Notes under the pieces: model-generated
What the model saw: only the letters and a program-made list of their open reading frames with translations
Database searches by the model: none
Told to the model about the DNA's origin: nothing
Shown: positions 23,816 through 33,883 of the stretch, piece by piece
How positions within the stretch are numbered: position 1 is the stretch's first letter
How the letters are laid out: each line of letters opens with the position of its first letter
Assembly: GCA_964036045.1 (NCBI GenBank)
Contig: OZ038379.1
Coordinates: 26,536,001-26,600,000, forward strand
Reading direction: 5' to 3'
DNA: 64,000 bases
Source: Eutreptiella sp. 'Long Island Sound 2002'
Taxonomy: Eukaryota > Protista > Euglenida
Program-made: the position numbers and the translations under genes

Positions 23816-24607
23816 CTTATTGTCGGCATACATAGCCTCTAACACGTACGTGTGGCCCTCCAAAAGCCGCGCCCCGGCCGCCTGCAGCCACGCCCTGGCC
23901 CACTTCGCCTGCACAGAGTCGTGCCACCGCCGGGTGTTGGTGCACAGGCGTCCCTGCCACACGTTTGCAACGATCATGCTGCCGTCCGTCTTCACGGTGC
24001 AGGAGTATAGCTCAGGGCCCTCGACCAGTGGGCTTGCCGAGCTGCGAACACGCTGGTCGCGCCGGTCGCGTGCATGCCGGTCCAGGCTCTGAGATTGAGA
24101 GCTTAACGATCCCGTTTGGCGGGAATCCATAGCCGCGAAACATGCAAAGGGGGTTGCAACAACTTGTCCGCTGGGCGGGTGGAGCATGAGGCCGCAGGCA
24201 ATGTTGTGCGGATCGTCCTCCGGGTTGTCCGAGGGGCAACTGAACACCTCAACACCGGATGCAGCATTGCAGCTCCGCTGCACTCTGAGAATGAACGTGA
24301 GGTACGCGTAGAGCTTTGGGAAAAGGATGCGCTTCGCGCAATGCACGCAACCCGGCGCGTTGCTGGCGAGGCTCGAGGCGGGGCCCGCGCCGAGCGTAGG
24401 AGGCGGCTGCAAGAGATAATCGAGTTTGATCGGTTGCAAACAGCTGCTGAGCTGCGCCTTGATGGTCTCAAAGGCGTCGGGCTTGAGCTTGTTGTAGCGC
24501 ATGCGTTGGAACCGCAGGACAAATCGCTTGCACGCGAACTCTTTGCACAAAAACATGCAAACCGCGAGGCCTCCATGAGAGAAATCCATGCACTCGGCAT
24601 ACTCCAC
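23816..24607 (-). CDS. Open 264-codon exon: capping-enzyme OB-fold C-terminal domain fused to T4 Rnl1-type RNA ligase N-terminal half
   Basis: Long pyrimidine tract + cAG|GTG acceptor (24608/24607) and AAG|GTGTGT donor (23816/23815), both phase 0. aa 1-66 VEYAEC...RFQRMRYNKLKPDAFETIKAQLSSCLQPIKLDYLL resembles the capping C-domain (VEC..W.F.R.R.DK..PN..T...SI..P). Then IACGLMLHPPSGQVVATPFACF, motif I KTDGS (Lys codon 23992-23990), TRRWHDSVQAKWARAWL and TYVLEAMYADNK, all Rnl1-like. Confidence 0.85.
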
Positions 24608-26067
24608 CTGCGGGAAGGAGGGGATAGGGGAGCGGGATGAGGGACGATGGGAGGGAGAGGCGCCGGACGGGGGAGGGGGTTAACGACCGAAAAACTATTT
24701 TTGCTTGGTGACAGTGGGACAGTTGTCCTGCTACCTACAGCCTCTGCTCCTTGGTGTCCCTGCCATGCCAGCGCCGGCAGGCTACACACAGAGCCTTCCC
24801 AAGACAGAGGAGTCTGGAGGGTGCTCACTACCACTGATGTGACACGGGGGGTGGGGGGACTGAATTGCCAAGAAGCAGACCGAGAAATGCTCTTCCAGGC
24901 ATACTGCGCTTGCTTTCGGCAGTTGCAGTGAAGCGCAAGCTGCAAACTCACGGCTCAGGCAAACCAAGCTATGTTCCTGCGCCGCATGGGAAGCCCCAAA
25001 GCACCTCAGCAAAGAAAGGCACTGGCCATCCCAGTAGTGTGGCAGCAGTAGAATTGCTGCATGCCACGGAGGGTGATAAGTGCGCTCAAAACGTCACCCC
25101 AATGAATCGACATATGTGACTGAGGAGGGGGTAGGGGTGCGGAGAGGATGTGTGCCCGGGAGGGGGATACAAAGGCGTTTGGGGGAAGGGGGGGTCTAAT
25201 CCCGTCTCCATCTGGTTGCTGCGGGTCCTATCAGGCTGTGAAACTCCGAGAAATTCACAGTGTCTGTGGTCGTTGCGCTATGCCCTGGGGCGACAATTTG
25301 GCCCACAGTTTGGGGGTTCATGGCGTGGAATGCGGCACGCAGAATCGCACATACCCGTACAGAGCTGCGGGTACTGAGTGTATTCAAGTGTGCGTGCCCC
25401 GCCTGTCCAGCCGCACCCAGTCATACCCGGGGGCCCGGGCTTCGGAGAGTACAACAGTGCCCTTCCCAATCAGTTGTAGGATGGCAGCCCCCTATGAACC
25501 TGCACAACAACAACCACAGGTCTGCCGCGTCTCTACTCGTCTGTTTCTCTGACTCAGTGTACACAACTGCACGCAGCTGCCATGGTCCACCGTACGCAAC
25601 TGTGCGCAGCCAGAAAATCCAACGGTGCGCACCCGTACAACCACACGTCTGGTCTGCACGCTTTGAAGGACCGCACAGAAAAGCGTTGTCGCCTCCGCAC
25701 CACATCCCCAACCCTCAAAACACAAACCCAAATCCAAACCCATGCCCCCCAACAACTCTTTTGTGTTGGAGGGGTGGAAAAGAGACACTTTTGGTCAGAA
25801 TGTTTACCAGTGCACTACCAAAGTTCCCCCAAAGTAAGATAGTCATATCTTCGGTCTATGGTTCAGTTTTAGGTTGGTTCTTTTTGCATCTAAAAACCCT
25901 TTTCCTTGCTCAACAAAGTGTCCAACCCAAAGCTGTGTCGTGGGTGCTAGACACTACCTACTAAATCCGGACCCCGAGCCCCGGAACCCAAGCCCACAAA
26001 CTCACACCAAATCCCAGAGGCCGCGATGCTCTGGGCCCAACACACACACCACACGTCTCGGGCAGAC

Positions 26068-26724
26068 CTGCAGCGTAAATCCAAAGCTCAACCGAAAATT
26101 GCGCAGGGTCTCGGCGTCGAGATCGAACGTGACCTCCTGGGGGCTCTGGAGCTTGAATACTGGAAGGGCCGCATCGAACGCGTGGTACGAGTCCGGCGTC
26201 GAGACAAAGTCAGCTGCGAAGCCGGCGTCCTCTGCGCGTGGGAGGGCGCGGGCGTGGCGGAGTGGGACGTGCTGCTTGATGCGCAGCATCGGCGGGAGCG
26301 CAGCCACAATGCACTGGCGTGTCGTCAGCGTGCGCCGCCACACAGGCTCGCCGCGCAGTGCCAGCACATCAAAGACCAGGAAGGCGCCATCAGGCATCAG
26401 CTCAGCATCCAACACGGTCTGGGAGGGCAAAGCACAGGAGCACGCACACACCACCCCGTCGCGCGTCATCGTGTAGCAATTGTTGCTGCCTCTGAGGCTA
26501 ATGATCCAAACGCACGTCCTGTCGGCCTTGAGGCTGACAAAGTAGCGGTTGAGCTGCACAAACGTCACGTCACCGGGTTGAAGAGGAATGGGCATAACAA
26601 ACCGCGGGTCATGGACCTGCAGTAGACGCTGCAAGCTCTTCTAAATGATGCGACCCTTAGATGGCCCCAATGGCCACGCCGGGGATAAAGAATTGGCGAA
26701 CATCTCCTGGATGACCTCCACCAC
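26068..26724 (-). pseudogene. Exon encoding an mRNA-capping guanylyltransferase nucleotidyltransferase domain (TAG at 26643-26641; motif I KADR)
   Basis: PRFVMPIPL..YFVSLKADRT (motif I, Lys 26529-26527), TVLDAELM (III), FLVFDVLALRGEPV (IIIa), AADFVSTPDSY (IV-like), VFKLQSPQEVTFDL (V). Acceptor tgcAG|GTG at 26725/26724 and donor CAG|GTC at 26068/26067, both phase 0. Confidence 0.8.
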
Positions 26725-26780
26725 CTGCACAGAATGAGAAGGCAGACAGGGGCCTTGGGTGCTGAGGGGCAGCACACAAC

Positions 26781-26849
26781 TTCTCCTTTTCGCTCGTTCG
26801 CGGTCAGCGTGATAAACTGAACGTCCCGCCGACAGACACTTTCAGCCAT
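26781..26849 (-). CDS. Possible small upstream exon (MAESVCRRDVQFITLTANERKGE) of the capping/ligase gene
   Basis: ATG at 26849. GAA|GT donor at 26781/26780 gives a 56-nt phase-0 GT-AG intron into the 26724 exon. No homology support. Confidence 0.35.
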
Positions 26850-27049
26850 TAGTTCTCAGGTCCAGTGGGGGAATGTTTGCCCAGCGCGCACCCGGCGCGC
26901 TACTTTTCTATGAACTATGCCGACTTCAGCCCCAGATGTACCCTCTCATGGAAAAGCCCCCCAAATAAACGTTGCACTGCACACCTTCCCTACAAAGCAC
27001 ATTGCATAATAAAGCAATATCTGTGAATGCAGTAACTCCAACTGTCATC

Positions 27050-27320
27050 TGTATTGTATCTAACAAACAACATTGGTCCCACAAGTGTGGGTGTCAATAC
27101 ATTCAGTACAATAGTGCTCCTGACACTCATCACAAACTGCAACGGTGGAGCGCTTCTGGCAACACAACATACACACTTCTGCCGCGTCCTCTGCCTCATC
27201 TTGCGTGGCGGCCGAGTTGCTTTGGTCAATCCAAACATGAGGCGGGACATGCTCCCATGGTCCGTAGGGGGGGTGACAGACTTGCCTCCAAATGCAAAAT
27301 TGTGTAAAATGCAACAAAAT
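27050..27320 (-). mobile_element. C-terminal tail of a Harbinger transposase with a B-box-like zinc finger
   Basis: LHFTQFCIWRQVCHPPYGPWEHVP is homologous to LHLQQFLIRRQVRYPPYGPWGHVP, which follows the DDE core at 36.3 kb. Ends VCMLCCQKRSTVAVCDECQEHYCTECIDTHTC. Confidence 0.7.
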
Positions 27321-27344
27321 TCGGACTGACTCGAGGGGCTATGC

Positions 27345-27645
27345 AAAAAAGCGTGGATTGTGAGTCCCTAACCCCAACTCGAGGGCCACGCAAAAAAGCG
27401 TGGATTGCGAGTCCCTAACCCCAACTCAAGAGGCCACGCAACAAAGTGTGGATTGTGAGTCCCTAACCCCAAATCGAGGGGCCACGCAACAAAGCGTGGA
27501 TTGCAAGTCCCTAACCCCAACTCAAGAGGCCACGCAACAAAGTGTGGATTGTGAGTCTCTAACCCCAATTCGAGGGGCCACGCAACAAAGTGTGGATTGT
27601 GAGTCCCTAACCCCAACTCAAGAGGCCACGCAACAAAGCGTGGAT
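27345..27645 (+). repeat. 48-bp tandem repeat, about 6 copies
   Basis: Unit aaagcgtggattgtgagtccctaaccccaactcgaggggccacgcaac (16-aa period in the ORF track); same unit at 36600-36725. Confidence 0.95.
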
Positions 27646-28364
27646 TCAGAGATTGTCCCGGTTTCCTCAATAGCACCGGAAGGTTGGGCCCCAAAAGAGG
27701 GCAGAAATGCTTCGTCACCCCACGGGGGGGGGCGTAGCAACGGGCCATACGCCGACTCCCTCCCACTCTCGGACCACTTTCAGGGCGGGGGGGGGGGGGG
27801 GCTGGGTCTAGGGGGGGGAAGGGGGGCTGCCAAGAAGGGGGGGGGGGGGGCTGGGTCTGGGGGGGGGGAAGGGGGGCTGCCAAGAAGGGGGGGGGTTTAG
27901 GTTTAGGTTTAGCGTGGCCGTGCGATATTGGCTCACCCATGGGGTGGCCTCACGCCTGGACGGTAGGAGAGCGGCCGCCGTCAATCACTAGAGGAGGTCT
28001 GGCACCCGCAGACCCCTCCACGCGATGTGGGTTTTGGGCAGCCGCTCGCGTGCTCCGCGTCGCTGTCGCATCGTTGCCGTGTGGCCCGCGCTAGGGCTGG
28101 GCCCTGGGGTTGGGTGTCTCCTTGTGGGGGAACCCCACGCCGGATCCCTCGTGGCGGGTCCGCATGGAGGACGCCCTCCTGCTGGTGTCCCAGCCGCGGC
28201 CACCCCGTCCCCAGGCCACTGGTGGGGTTTCGGCGGATGCCCTCCTTCTCCCACCGCCGTATGCCATAGCCTTGGTGCTGCGGCCACCCCACTGTAGGCC
28301 GCTTTTAGCGGCTTGCATGCAGCACTCCCCGCGCTGCAGTCTGTTGTGTGCAGTCTGCACTCTA

Positions 28365-28930
28365 CTGCTCACTGCAGCAGTACCCCAGTCCCGTTACCAA
28401 TCTAGGGACTATTGAGGCTCTACAGCCAAAGTGCAGCAGCCTCATGGCTGCACTATTCATGCTGCAGCCGCTGCTGCACTCACTGCAGCAGTACCCCAGT
28501 CCCGTTACCAATCTAGGGACTATTGGGGCTCTACAGCCAAAGTGCAGCAGCCTCATGGCTGCACTATTCATGCTGCAGCCGCTGCTGCACTCACTGCAGC
28601 AGTACCCCAGTCCCGTTACCAATCAGGGACTACTGGGGCTCTGCAGCCAAAGTGCAGCAGCATCGTGGCTGCACTGTTCATGCCGCAGGTGGTGCTGCAC
28701 TCACTGCACTGGTGCGGCAGCACTTGGGCAGTCTCTGCTCTACTGCTTGCCCCTGTCCCGTTACCAATCTAGGGACTATGGGGGCCTTGCAGCCGGCGTG
28801 GTGCTGCCCTCTGGCTGCAGTCCGTGCAGTGCAGCATGTGGGCAGTAACTGCACTAGTGCAGCGGCACATGGGCAGTCACTTGCATGCCCCCGTCCCGTT
28901 ACCAATCGAGGGACTATGGGGGCCCTGCTG
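28365..28930 (+). repeat. 117-bp tandem repeat, about 3 conserved and 2 decayed copies
   Basis: Anchor ccccagtcccgttaccaatctagggact recurs at about 28383, 28496, 28607, 28755 and 28893; 39-aa period in ORF 28348-28848. Confidence 0.9.
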
Positions 28931-29449
28931 CAAACGTTCGTTTAGCGCACTGCGTTGGGCTCGTGTGTGGCGCGCTCTGCGTGGGGCTCTTGTCGCATGC
29001 GTGTGGTCTGCTTCATGTGTCGCGTCGCGCTTGGGTGTACACTTCAGCGGCTCCGAAGACGCCTTCCTTGCACGGTGAGCGCTGGCTCAGCACTGGACGC
29101 CCAGCACTTTTGGCTCTACGTACCCACCATGTTGGCATGGTGCCGCCCGCCGTGGGGGTTGGGACCACTCGCTGGGCAGGGTGCCACTTGTGTGGTTCGC
29201 GTGGCTGCTTTTTTTGTTTTGTCTTTTGTGATTGTGGCCTCCCGGGTCCTGTTTTGGTAGGACTCTTGAGCGGGCCCTTGTGCACACAGACGCCTGTGTG
29301 CTCGGTTTCCTCGCTCCGGGAGGGCGACGGACGCCCGTCTCATCCCCGAGGCTGAGCCTGCTCGGGGGAGGGTGCCTCCCGTTAGCCGTGCGGACGCCCG
29401 CTGGGAGGGTGACACCGGGGGAAGGGGGGGGGGGGGAGGCTTCATCGTG

Positions 29450-29790
29450 GCGCACAGATGCGAGTCACAAAGTGTCTGCATGGCGTTCAAATGCGAGTCC
29501 CAGAGCGCCCGCATAGCGCGCAGATGCCAGTCATAGAGCGCCTGCAGGGCACACCGCTGCAAGTCACAGAGCGCGTGCAGATGCCAGTCACAGAGCGCCT
29601 ACAGGGCGCACAGATACACTTCACAGAGCGCTTGTATGGCACACCGCTGCAAGTCACAGAGCGCGTGCATGGCGCAAAGAAGCGGGTCACAGGGTGCCTG
29701 CATAGCGCACAGATGCGAGCGACAGAGCGCCTGCATGGCGTTCAAATGCGCCTCCCGGAGTGCCTGCATGGCACACGCATGCCCTGACAA
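29450..29790 (+). repeat. About 30-bp minisatellite, about 11 decayed copies
   Basis: Unit gtcacagagcgcctgcatggcgcacagatgc; 10-aa period (VTERLHGAQM-like) in ORF 29458-29787. Confidence 0.85.
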
Positions 29791-29977
29791 ATATGGCATA
29801 AGAATTGGATGCCTAACCCCTGCCTTCTGGGAGGCCCACAAGTGGGCGGAAATGCTACATCACCCTTGCTTTCTCGGGGATCCCCAACAAAGGGGACACA
29901 GTCAAAGCAAAATGAACAGAAACAAAAATTTTCCCATGGCATCCCTAGCCCTGCGTGCAGTCCTACAGATTGCCTCC

Positions 29978-30045
29978 AGTGGAGGTTTGAACCCAGGATA
30001 CCGCAATCGCAGGGGCACTGCTTTACCCACTAGGGTATGGCCCAT
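29978..30045 (-). other. tRNA-derived (SINE-head-like) sequence
   Basis: Minus strand TACCCTAGTGG (A-box-like) ... CCTGGGTTCAAACC (B box). No canonical anticodon arm. Confidence 0.5.
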
Positions 30046-31208
30046 CTCTGATATACCTCTACACAGGGGTGGTATTGATATTTGGTCCAATTTGGTTTTC
30101 ATCCACCATTGGGTTCTCCTAAAAAAACTGAGTAGTTTGAGTATAGACACATGGGGTGAAAACCCATTTTTTCACTCTACTAAGTCAAGCAAAAATTCCT
30201 TAGGGCGCCTTTGGCGCCCATGGTCCAGCACTTCCGGGCCAAAACCCAGCAGGGAGGGGGAGGGGGGGGAGTCGGCGTAAAGGGTCCGGTCCCAGCGCCC
30301 CCCCCCCGTGCGTCACCCCTGCATTCTCGGGGGTCCCCAACAAAGGGGACAAAATCAGAAGTCAAAACCTCCGCTAGGGGTCACCATGATGCTCCTAGTA
30401 TCTCAAAGTATGGGTCTCTAGTACAGCCAGACGCCCAAACAGCTGCACTGCGCTAAGTGCGCCCCCTTAGTGCACCCCCTAGAAGGCCACCGGTGGGGCA
30501 CGGGTGACAAAAGATGCCCGGCGCGCGCCCGGCGCACTAACGTTCCCCCAGTGGTGTGTGCGCTTGATACAAACTGCTTCACTTCTGCGGCATATGAAGA
30601 ATGGGATTGCGTCTGCAAGCAGCCAAAGTTGTTGATTTGGTTTAACGACAGCTCTCATACACACTGCTTGTGTCCGACCACTACTGGCTGCACCGTGATG
30701 AAGCCACATCAGTAGACACTACTTCGGCCATAGTTTATCCGAGGCTTCTTTTTCTCCGGTGGGAGCAGGTCCAGGTCCAGGGAAGCCCTCTTACCAGGTG
30801 GTACTGGAGAAAACTTTTGGAATCAAGGATCAGAGTTGTCCGATGCGACCACTGTCCCACAAAGCAATGTGGTAGCGGACGTAACACGCAGTGAGGAAGG
30901 GATAAATCTGATTCCAGCAAAAGCAGTGGGAACAGCCACACCCGTAGGCATCCCAGTGTGCTGTAGGCAAAGCTGGCCTAATCAACGATCCAATGTGTAT
31001 TAGGTCATACATATTACATCTAATGCGTGTATTATCCGCCTTGTCAACACTGTGCACAGTTTGGAGACACTGTGCACATACCCGTCTACTGGTGCGCAGC
31101 CTGTAGACACTGTGCACACCTGGAGTATAACACGCACATGTCGTAGACGCTGCACACATGTCATAGACGCAAACAAGTAATATTACGGAGAGGGCGCGAA
31201 GCGAAGCC

Positions 31209-31950
31209 CCCGGGGGGGGGGGGGGGATTGCGGTTACCCAAGCCTGAAAAAATTGTGGTAAAATTGCGGTAAATTGTGGTAAATTGCGGTAAAATTGCAG
31301 TAAAAATTGCGGTACATTTCTTTTCGGTCCCCAGACTCTATGCCAGCCATGAGCAGCAGTGGAGCACAGGACTTTTTGCAAAAAGGTTTTTTTGACCAAT
31401 TATGCACCCAATTGGTAGGATAGTGAGGCTTTCAGCACATAGCATGCACACTGCACCAAAGCTTTCAGCACAAGCAGCTAATCCAACCATCCTTCCACGT
31501 CACCATTATAATGGGCCATGAAAGCCACACAATGGGCATTGTCGCTCATTGAATACCTCTGATCCGTGTCAGTATATTTGCAAAACGAAACGAACCGCTC
31601 CACAGAGCCAGTTCCCACACCATGCAAACGCGAAATCTGTGTGGCATAGCGTGCCTTTTGGCCACCCTGTCCTTTGCCAGGTTTCACTGGCCTTTTACCA
31701 TTGCCGGAATCACTGTCCCCAGAGTGGATGACATTTTGGGAACACAAAAACAGAAGGGCGTCCCGCCACACAAATGACATGCAGGACAGATGAGAACACA
31801 TACACGTACAGTGCGCCTAGTAACAGCGAAGGTAGGGAAAGAATTTTCCTCAGGGGAAAAATGAAATTTTTGAATAGAGGCATCACTGAAAAATTGCAGT
31901 AAAATTGCGGTCAATTGCGGTCAATTGCGGACCGCAATCCCCCCCCCAGG
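31209..31950. mobile_element. TIR-bounded non-autonomous element carrying a hAT-like dimerisation-domain remnant
   Basis: CC(C/T)G(n)ATTGCGGT at about 31209-31233 and ACCGCAATC(n)AGG at 31931-31950. Subterminal AAATTGCGGT repeats at both ends. Minus-strand interior GSVERFVSFCKYTDTDQRYSMSDNAHCVAFMAHYN resembles hAT C-terminal SxERxFS...R.S...A.M..YN. No 8-bp TSD seen. Confidence 0.55.
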
Positions 31951-33328
31951 AAGCAAAAAGGGTGGAATAGGTCCGTTTACCTGTTGAGTAAGCGTATTAA
32001 ATGTAATACGTATTCGGTGACACGTATTAGATCGTGTAGTAGGCCAGCCCTGGCTGAGGGCACCAGAAAGACCGAAGGCGGAGAAAAAACAGCCACGTGC
32101 GATGCACAGCGAAAAAGCTCAGTTTAGTATGGCGACCACCGTGGGGTTGGTAACGCTGAGGATGGCCAACCCTGCTTGCCCCCAGGCGAGGGGCCTGACA
32201 GGAGGCACGTGCGGTGCGACCGCGATCCGCAGTCCGTGCATTTCGTTCGCGAGAGGACCACGGGATGGCGCACAGGCAGTGGTCAGGCCCAGCAGGACGG
32301 TCATGCATGGTCGGGACGGAGAGGACGGCAGGAAATCATGCTGCTTCAGTCGTCGTGAGATGCGCGAAGCAACGACAGCCCTGGACAAATCAGCCCCGTG
32401 CCAAGCCGGTCTCACAGCGCGCGGCGCAGGGGGGGGGGGGGTTGGCACAAGGCCTTGGTGGTTGGCTCTGTTAGCCTGTGGCGGCGCCTATCGGCCTCTC
32501 GCCCTTGAACCTTCTGCCATGACAAGCAGGCATCCGTACTACTGCGGGCATCCGCACTGCTGCGGGCATCCACCGGCATGGGTGGGAATCCAGAATGCAA
32601 CTTCTGCCCATGGCGTCCTCCCCTGACGGCCTGATCAGTGCCCGGTATGCGGTCATCACGAAGACCCCAGGCTGGGAGGTGCTCACCACAGCCAGCAACG
32701 TGAATGTCACACTAGGCCATGGGTGCTAGCTCACCAATGTGTGCCTTGCTGGTAGTGCGTTGCAGTATATCTTCTGCGCTCTGCGCCATTCATGGCGAGC
32801 GCGTTGCAGAAATATCTTCACTAAGAGTATTCGCACTCTGTGCACAGCGGAGTATCTTCTTTGCTGGCGGTAGTGAGCAGCCCCGCCCACCAACACGCCC
32901 CACAAGGGGCGGGGTTTGGCACAAGGCCTTGGTGGTTGGCTCTGTTACACAACGGGGGGGGGGGGGGACCATTCCGCCAACCGCTTCTGTCCGACGTGAA
33001 CGGCTCACTAATATTTTTGCTGCAACCGGATCTTGCCCACCGACCCCTTTCAGCGACCGGTTTGGCAACCACTTTTGCATCGCCCCCCCCCCCCCTGCCT
33101 GCTGCCCTCTCAAGGACATCCCCAATCGGACGTCTGCGCTCACCTACAGTCGAGCCGCACCCACCCCCTTTCCCCTCTCCACCAACAAGATGATAATGGA
33201 ATAGAATATGGAATGCAATGCACCAGAGAATGGAGCGCTGTTTGATGCACCACAACTGCAAGCAAGTCACCAGGGACCAAAGCCTCCTTCCGGTGATGCA
33301 CGCAGTGTGAGGACGAACAGGCAGTCAC

Positions 33329-33883
33329 CTGATCCACTGACAAGGAAGACGAGATGTGCCGCCCTCCGACAACGTGCATGACGTGGTCCATCTCCGGAGA
33401 TCCGGAACGTCTCCGCCAGGCATCAATCCGTCTATCGAGATCACCATCAGTCCGGCAGCGCTTGCGCATCCTCTGCTGAATGTCTTCAAGGGACCCTGCA
33501 AGAATCTGAAGGAGGATCACCCGCGGAAGAGCCTCATAAAGTCGTAACACGAATTGAGGCGTGAAATTGCCAGCAATGGTCACGAACTGATGGCCCGACT
33601 CCGCTTTGAGCGCCTGGACTACGAAGTCCTTGGATTCGAGAACGCGACCAGTGCGACGCATTTGGTCGCCGAAAGACGCGTGTGAGAACTTGTTTGGATA
33701 ATCTGCAGCGAGTGCCTGTCCCAGGGTTGTCTTTCCAGAGTCCGGAGAGCCCAGGATCAGAACGAGACATGGTAGGCACTCGGTGTCCGTGAGGGATAAG
33801 TCTGCAAAGTCACGCGTCAAAGATGACAGCCCTTCGTCTGCTGGTCCGCCGAGATAAACGCTATGCGCAACGCTCTGGGCCAT
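33329..33883 (-). CDS. Divergent adenylate/UMP-CMP kinase-like P-loop protein, first exon
   Basis: LVLILGSPDSGKTTLGQALAADYPNKFSHASFGDQMRR follows the NMP-kinase pattern ILGxPGSGKGT...F.HLSxGDLLR. Later IQQRMRKR..RTDGDLDRRI. ATG at 33883 behind an acceptor-like ctattttcAG (about 33909). Phase-0 donor CAG|GTGACT at 33329/33328; a possible 73-nt intron leads to LWCIKQRSIL. Confidence 0.7.

Noticed and set aside
24116-24640. 174-aa plus-strand ORF (also 26026-26625, 199 aa)
   Set aside because: Antisense shadows of the GC-rich minus-strand exons, with no motifs of their own.
19470-26643. In-frame stops as evidence of a reassigned genetic code
   Set aside because: The 424-codon CAP-Gly ORF and the 264-codon exon have no internal stops. 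Stops occur only in decayed sequence and come with other lesions (KADR, frameshifts).
26068-26724. ATP-dependent DNA ligase assignment for the KADR exon
   Set aside because: The downstream OB segment (R.R..K.KPD..T...S...PI) and the FKLQ..EVTFD motif V fit capping enzymes better. Not formally excluded without HHpred.
27893-27912. (TTTAGG)3 and similar AACCC-type runs (about 6640, 25710) as telomeric or interstitial telomere repeats
   Set aside because: Only 2-3 imperfect units embedded in other repeats.
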